This document shows, in pieces, positions 59,003-64,000 of a stretch of DNA of 64,000 nt. The stretch lies in NCBI GenBank assembly GCA_963790825.1, contig CAWBPM010000002.1, forward strand, positions 487,159-551,158, written 5' to 3'. This DNA comes from Candidatus Levyibacteriota bacterium. Its GTDB lineage: Bacteria > Patescibacteriota > Microgenomatia > Levybacterales > UBA12049. Position numbers and translations under genes: made by a program. Within the stretch, counting starts at the first letter, position 1. Every line of letters begins with the position of its first letter. A model generated the notes under the pieces. That model did not search any database. It was given only the letters and a program-made list of their open reading frames with translations, and was not told the DNA's origin.

Positions 59003-60736
59003 ATGATTAAACTCTTACGATTTTTAGAACCATACCAAACTCTATTGGTATTTATTTTTGTTCTTGCCGTCGGGCAATCCGTAGCCAATCTGTATCTGCC
59101 CAATTTAATGTCTGATATCGTGAATAACGGAATTGCTGCTTTTGACACTAACTATATATGGAGAACGGGAGGCATTATGCTGCTGGTTACGATTGGAGGC
59201 ACAATTTGTGCTGTTGTAGGAGTTTATTACGCGTCCCGAGTCGCAACAGGAATGTGTAAAACTATCCGTGCTCAAATTTTCGACAAGGTTCAACGTTTTT
59301 CACTGCAGGAATTTGATAAAGTGAGCACTGCTTCGCTTATCACACGCACTACGAATGACACGACACAAATTCAGCAGGTCATGGTAATGATACTGGGTAT
59401 GTTGATCACTGCTCCTATCACGTTGGTTGCCGGCATAATTCTGGCTTTAAATCAGGACGTCGGGCTGTCCTGGATTTTGGTGGCGATCACGCCGGTGCTG
59501 GTTATCGTTATACTAGTACTACTTGTAAAAGCTGTTCCGCTGTTCACCGTGATGCAGGTGAAGCTTGATAAATTGAATCTTATATTGGATGAGAATTTGA
59601 CCGGTGTACGGGTGATCCGGGCTTTTAATCGCATAAAACATGAGGAAGCACGGTTTGATGTGGCTAATCGTGATGTAACAAACGTTGCTATCAGAGTAAA
59701 TCAGATGGTGTCATTTATGATGCCGATTATGATGCTCCTGATTAACGTCTCCAGCGTAGCTATTATCTGGTTCGGAAGCAAGCGGGTTGCGGGCGGTGAT
59801 TTGCAGATTGGCGCAATGTTTGCTTTCATGCAGTATGCCGTCCAGATTCTTTTCTCACTTTTAATGGTTGCGCTTTTATTTATCATGATTCCGCGCGCAC
59901 AGGCTTCTGCAACCAGAATTAACGAGGTGCTGGATATGGAACCCGAAATTAAGGACCCCAAACAGACCAAGGAGGAGACGCCGCTGCAAGGGTACGTCGA
60001 ATTTCGTGACGTGACATTTCGCTATCCCGGCGCGGAAAATCCAGCCCTCTCTGATATATCCTTTAAAACCTCACCGGGTACGACTACGGCTATTATTGGC
60101 GGTACCGGTTCGGGTAAATCCACCCTGATCAACCTTATTCCGCGTTTTTATGATGTGGAAAAAGGACAGGTGCTGGTTGATGGCATCGAGACCCGGGATA
60201 TGTCACAGGAGTATTTGCGTGCAAAAATCGGTTTTGTACCGCAGAAGGCTGTGTTGTTTGCAGGAACGATTAACAAGAATATCCTCTACGGTAAGGAAGA
60301 TGCAACTGACAGCGAAATCAGACACGCGGCTGACGTAGCACAGGCCAGTGAATTTATCGAAAAAATGCCTGATAAATTTAATTCTTTAATCGCCCAAGGC
60401 GGGACAAATGTATCAGGAGGACAAATGCAGCGTCTCTCAATTGCCAGAGCATTAGTTCGAAAACCGGAAATTTACATATTCGACGACACTTTTTCAGCCC
60501 TTGACTTCAAAACCGACGCTAAGTTACGCGCTGCTCTTAAAGGAGAAATTCGTAAAGCGACAGTGCTGATTGTAGCCCAAAGGGTCAGCACGGTTGTGGA
60601 TGCAGACCAGATTATTGTTTTGGATGATGGACGTATCGCAGGTATCGGCAAGCACCATGATTTGATGAAAACCTGTGATGTTTATCGGGGAATTGTGACT
60701 TCACAGTTGTCAGCAGCAGAAATTGCTGAAGAATGA
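59003..60736 (+). CDS. ABC multidrug-type exporter, permease/ATPase half-transporter (heterodimer subunit A)
   Basis: 6-TM N-domain. GGTGSGKST, VSGGQMQRLSIARAL, IYIFDDTFSALD. Confidence 0.92.
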   Translation: MIKLLRFLEPYQTLLVFIFVLAVGQSVANLYLPNLMSDIVNNGIAAFDTNYIWRTGGIMLLVTIGGTICAVVGVYYASRVATGMCKTIRAQIFDKVQRFSLQEFDKVSTASLITRTTNDTTQIQQVMVMILGMLITAPITLVAGIILALNQDVGLSWILVAITPVLVIVILVLLVKAVPLFTVMQVKLDKLNLILDENLTGVRVIRAFNRIKHEEARFDVANRDVTNVAIRVNQMVSFMMPIMMLLINVSSVAIIWFGSKRVAGGDLQIGAMFAFMQYAVQILFSLLMVALLFIMIPRAQASATRINEVLDMEPEIKDPKQTKEETPLQGYVEFRDVTFRYPGAENPALSDISFKTSPGTTTAIIGGTGSGKSTLINLIPRFYDVEKGQVLVDGIETRDMSQEYLRAKIGFVPQKAVLFAGTINKNILYGKEDATDSEIRHAADVAQASEFIEKMPDKFNSLIAQGGTNVSGGQMQRLSIARALVRKPEIYIFDDTFSALDFKTDAKLRAALKGEIRKATVLIVAQRVSTVVDADQIIVLDDGRIAGIGKHHDLMKTCDVYRGIVTSQLSAAEIAEE

Positions 60737-60832
60737 AGCTCCCTGGGTTTAGACCCAAGGTATCTTCATCTTTGCTTCGTTGGGAGCGGAATCCCTCCGA
60801 AGCACCACTGAACGGGGCGAAGGGGGATAAAT

Positions 60833-62788
60833 ATGAACGAAGACAGTAACAAAAAAACTACGAGTCAGGACGGCCCTAAAAGGGGTCCTATGGGCGGCGG
60901 CTGGGGTGCAATGGGCAGGCCAGTAGAGAAAGCGAAAGACTTTAAAGGAACACTTAAAAGATTAATGCGCTATTTTTTACCGGAAAAAGTTCTTCTGTTA
61001 ATCGTGTTTGCGGCGGCAATTATCGGAACAATATTCAATATCGTTGGCCCGAAAATTTTGGGGTTGGCAACGACGAAACTTTTCGATAACCTAATTGCAA
61101 GTTTCATAGTACAAGCACAAAACCATGTAATACTAAAAGAATTAGCCCAAAACCCGGCACTTCCCCTGCATGCGTCTCCTGTTCCCGGCATAGAATTTGG
61201 TTATATAGGGAGGATTATTCTCATCTTACTTGTACTATATGTAATCAGTGCGATTTTTGTATTCGTCCAACAATACCTGATGGCCGGTGTGGCACAGAGA
61301 ACTATCTACAAACTGCGTAAAGAAGTGGACGAAAAGCTGTCAAAATTGCCGCTTAAATACTTCGACGGGCGCACTCATGGAGAGACCCTAAGTCGGGCCG
61401 TCAATGATATGGATAATATCAGCTCCACGCTGCAGCAAAGCGTATCACAATTAATTACCTCAGTTGTTACTCTGATAGGTGTACTTGTGATGATGCTAAG
61501 TATCAGTTGGGTATTAACCCTGATTGTGCTGGCAACACTTCCTCTAAGTATTATTGTTGTAGCCGGTATAGCGAAACGCTCACAGGATTTCTTCCGAAAA
61601 CAACAGAGTTCGCTGGGGAATCTTAACGGACATGTTGAAGAAATGTACACGGGGCACAAGATCGTGAAAGCTTTCGGGCACGAAGGGAAAGCTATAGCCC
61701 AATTTGATGATTTAAACAATAAGCTCTACGACGCCGGATGGCAAGCGCAATTCGTTTCAGGAATTATCATGCCACTCATGAGGTTTGTCGGAAACATCGG
61801 TTATGTTCTTGTGGCTATTGTGGGAGGTATTATGGCGACTCAGAATGCGATTTCCCTTGGCGACGTGCAGGCATTTATTCAATATTCCGCTCAGTTCACT
61901 CAGCCAATTACTCAGTTGGCCAATATTATGAATGTTATCCAATCTGCCATCGCCTCTGCCGAGCGTGTTTTTGAACTGCTCGATGAAGAGGAGCAAGTAC
62001 CCGAGGCAGTTGATGCTTTGACTATCAAAGATCCCAAAGGTGCTGTCAAATTCCAGCATGTCCGGTTTGGTTATAGCAAGGATAAAGTCCTGATTGAGGA
62101 TATGAATATCGACGTAAAACCCGGCCAGATGATAGCCATCGTTGGTCCGACCGGCGCCGGCAAGACTACCCTGGTCAATCTGTTGATGCGTTTCTACGAA
62201 GTTAACGGCGGGAAAATTATGATTGACGGTGTTGATATTACCAAGCTTAAACGCGGTGACCTGCGACGCATGTTTGGTATGGTTTTGCAGGATACTTGGC
62301 TTTTCCATGGAACCCTTCGTGATAATATTGCTTATGGTCGAGAAGATGCAAGTGAAGACGAAATCGTACAAGCTTCGCGAACTGCTTATGCTGATCATTT
62401 TATAAGAACATTGCCGGAAGGTTATGGAACGATTCTGAATGAGGAGGCATCAAACATCTCCCAGGGTCAGAAGCAGCTTTTAACCATCGCACGCGCGTTC
62501 TTGGCAGATCCCGAAATCCTTATTTTGGATGAAGCAACCAGCAGCGTAGATACCAGAACCGAGCTCTTAATCCAAAATGCAATGAGCAAATTGATGAAAG
62601 GCAGAACTAATTTTGTAATTGCTCACAGACTTTCTACGATCCGTGACGCGGATTTGATCCTGGTAATGAATCACGGTACAATCATCGAGAAAGGCAGCCA
62701 TAAGGGTCTACTGACACAGAAAGGCTTCTATGCCGATCTGTACAATAGCCAGTTCCGTGGACACGTCCTTAACGAAGAGCCTACGTAG
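60833..62788 (+). CDS. ABC multidrug-type exporter, permease/ATPase half-transporter (heterodimer subunit B)
   Basis: GPTGAGKTT, ISQGQKQLLTIARAF, ILILDEATSSVD. Pairs with the upstream gene as in LmrCD/YheIH. Confidence 0.92.
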   Translation: MNEDSNKKTTSQDGPKRGPMGGGWGAMGRPVEKAKDFKGTLKRLMRYFLPEKVLLLIVFAAAIIGTIFNIVGPKILGLATTKLFDNLIASFIVQAQNHVILKELAQNPALPLHASPVPGIEFGYIGRIILILLVLYVISAIFVFVQQYLMAGVAQRTIYKLRKEVDEKLSKLPLKYFDGRTHGETLSRAVNDMDNISSTLQQSVSQLITSVVTLIGVLVMMLSISWVLTLIVLATLPLSIIVVAGIAKRSQDFFRKQQSSLGNLNGHVEEMYTGHKIVKAFGHEGKAIAQFDDLNNKLYDAGWQAQFVSGIIMPLMRFVGNIGYVLVAIVGGIMATQNAISLGDVQAFIQYSAQFTQPITQLANIMNVIQSAIASAERVFELLDEEEQVPEAVDALTIKDPKGAVKFQHVRFGYSKDKVLIEDMNIDVKPGQMIAIVGPTGAGKTTLVNLLMRFYEVNGGKIMIDGVDITKLKRGDLRRMFGMVLQDTWLFHGTLRDNIAYGREDASEDEIVQASRTAYADHFIRTLPEGYGTILNEEASNISQGQKQLLTIARAFLADPEILILDEATSSVDTRTELLIQNAMSKLMKGRTNFVIAHRLSTIRDADLILVMNHGTIIEKGSHKGLLTQKGFYADLYNSQFRGHVLNEEPT

Positions 62789-62947
62789 AGATCTGTTCCT
62801 ATTTTCCAAGTAGCAATAGAAATTATAGCATTATTAATATGAAATCAAAATTCTGTTTATAATTCCGGTCTTTTTCCATTAATAAGCAACTTATCCAAAC
62901 ATGAGAAAAATTTGACACAAGAAAAAGTACGCTTCATACTAAGTATC

Positions 62948-64000
62948 ATGGATGAGTTTCCAAACATTCAGCCTAAAGTTCTGCAAAATGAACAACCTCC
63001 CCAATTAGAAGATACTGCCATACACAGAATGAGCCCTACCGTTAGAATCACAGGGTACACCCTTATCCTGCTTGCCGCAGTAGCAGGTTTTCTTTCCGGC
63101 TTACTCTCTTTTTACACTTCTCAAACCGGTTTCTCTCAGTCTGGTATTCTGGGATATTTTTCTACCTATACTCCCGGCATCATTTTTGGCATCGTTCTCG
63201 CTCTTTTCTACGCCTCCCTTATCAAGCATACACTACCCAGAACCATCTTCCTACTCCTCTTCTTCCCATTTGCGTCAAGTATCGCCTACGCAGCCGCATA
63301 TAATTCCGCGATATTTACTTTCGAGTCCGGCATTTTCTGGCCCTTCTTCTCAGGATTAATTGGCGCGTTTGTTCTCACAGCAGGATTTTGGTTGTGTATA
63401 TACAAAATTTCAAGAAATTATTTTGCTCTGCTTGTTTTCCTAGGCGGAATCCTTGGTTTTACCATTTATCTTTTGCCCGAAGGAAGTATTTTCCCTTCTC
63501 AAAGCTTTGATATGTCATACTCACAGGAAGGATATCTCTGCTTGCAAGTCCTCTGGCAAACCGGTATGGCGATTGCATTCGCCCTTTCTATAATATCTCT
63601 TGCACAAAAAACCATTGCTATAAAAATTACTAATCAAAATAGTTCTCCTACCCCTGATAATCCTAACCCCAAGTCTCCCCCACACAATGAGAAACTAATC
63701 ATTATTACCATCATCATTATTTTATGCGCAGTAACGTCCCTTCTTATCCTTTTCCACGTCTCACAACCACACAGCACACTGCAAACAGTCTTTTCCTCTG
63801 ACGATAAACAAGTACTGACAGCGAAGAATGGTGTCATCTATTATCTCGATTCGCAAAACAATCTTCATGCATATGCAGTGCAGACAAAGAAAGATATCTT
63901 CACTCTTCCCTTTACCGAAGCCCTAGCACCTGATTTGTATTACGGTATTAATAAACCGATATTTGTAAAAAATAATCTTTATATTGTCTCGAAAACCACT
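62948..64000 (+). CDS. Hypothetical polytopic membrane protein, 3'-partial (runs off the window; absent from the ORF track)
   Basis: Frame is open from ATG 62948 to nt 64000 with no stop. Several hydrophobic helices and a Pro-rich linker. TTGACA at 62924. Confidence 0.55.
   Translation, partial: MDEFPNIQPKVLQNEQPPQLEDTAIHRMSPTVRITGYTLILLAAVAGFLSGLLSFYTSQTGFSQSGILGYFSTYTPGIIFGIVLALFYASLIKHTLPRTIFLLLFFPFASSIAYAAAYNSAIFTFESGIFWPFFSGLIGAFVLTAGFWLCIYKISRNYFALLVFLGGILGFTIYLLPEGSIFPSQSFDMSYSQEGYLCLQVLWQTGMAIAFALSIISLAQKTIAIKITNQNSSPTPDNPNPKSPPHNEKLIIITIIIILCAVTSLLILFHVSQPHSTLQTVFSSDDKQVLTAKNGVIYYLDSQNNLHAYAVQTKKDIFTLPFTEALAPDLYYGINKPIFVKNNLYIVSKTT

Overview
This 64 kb window looks like a low-GC, small-genome bacterial chromosome segment, probably a CPR/Patescibacteria-like lineage. 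It is densely packed with housekeeping genes, a few apparently accessory loci, one IS element and one decayed gene.

Housekeeping genes are recognisable from their translations. They include rarA (5' partial), gyrB, ppa, gyrA, folD, an SPFH/stomatin protein, a transaldolase, yebC, an RluA-family pseudouridine synthase, efp, pepA, alr, dnaB, an M24 aminopeptidase, a YerC/TrpR-like protein, hisS, rpmE, prfA, a Cho-like DnaQ-exonuclease/GIY-YIG fusion, htrA, an S41 C-terminal processing peptidase, rpsF-ssb-rpsR, ychF, a MarR regulator with two HlyD-like adaptors, and a heterodimeric ABC exporter. There are also two secreted glycoside hydrolases (GH5, GH18) and a lone Xer-type tyrosine recombinase.

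I identified one tRNA, tRNA-Leu(CAA), with its own sigma70-like promoter. An IS481-family element (DDE transposase with about 21-bp imperfect inverted repeats) sits between ychF and an aminoglycoside/choline-kinase-type phosphotransferase gene. That phosphotransferase gene is decayed: an in-frame stop, a frameshift, and a +1 G in a G7 homopolymer.

The most interesting unexplained locus is an island of unknown genes immediately downstream of gyrA (6890-10298). It holds a 495-aa internally duplicated protein, three tightly overlapping small ORFs including a minimal NPPY-motif amino-methyltransferase, and a small coiled-coil protein. The small-ORF part (8550-10298) is more AT-rich than its neighbours.

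Other items worth follow-up:
- A 1.1 kb gene-free gap (19445-20538) that may hold a structured RNA or an origin.
- A periodic CTAATTG intergenic repeat family found in three operon junctions.
- An ATP-grasp-like plus HAD-like gene pair fused into the hisS operon.
- A 532-aa acidic orphan protein next to the tRNA.
- Palindromic candidate operators, including an AACTGTT-core pair in front of the Cho-like nuclease and the yebC-divergent gene.

No CRISPR array or rRNA was seen. All calls rest on reading the translations and sequence by eye; no database search was possible.
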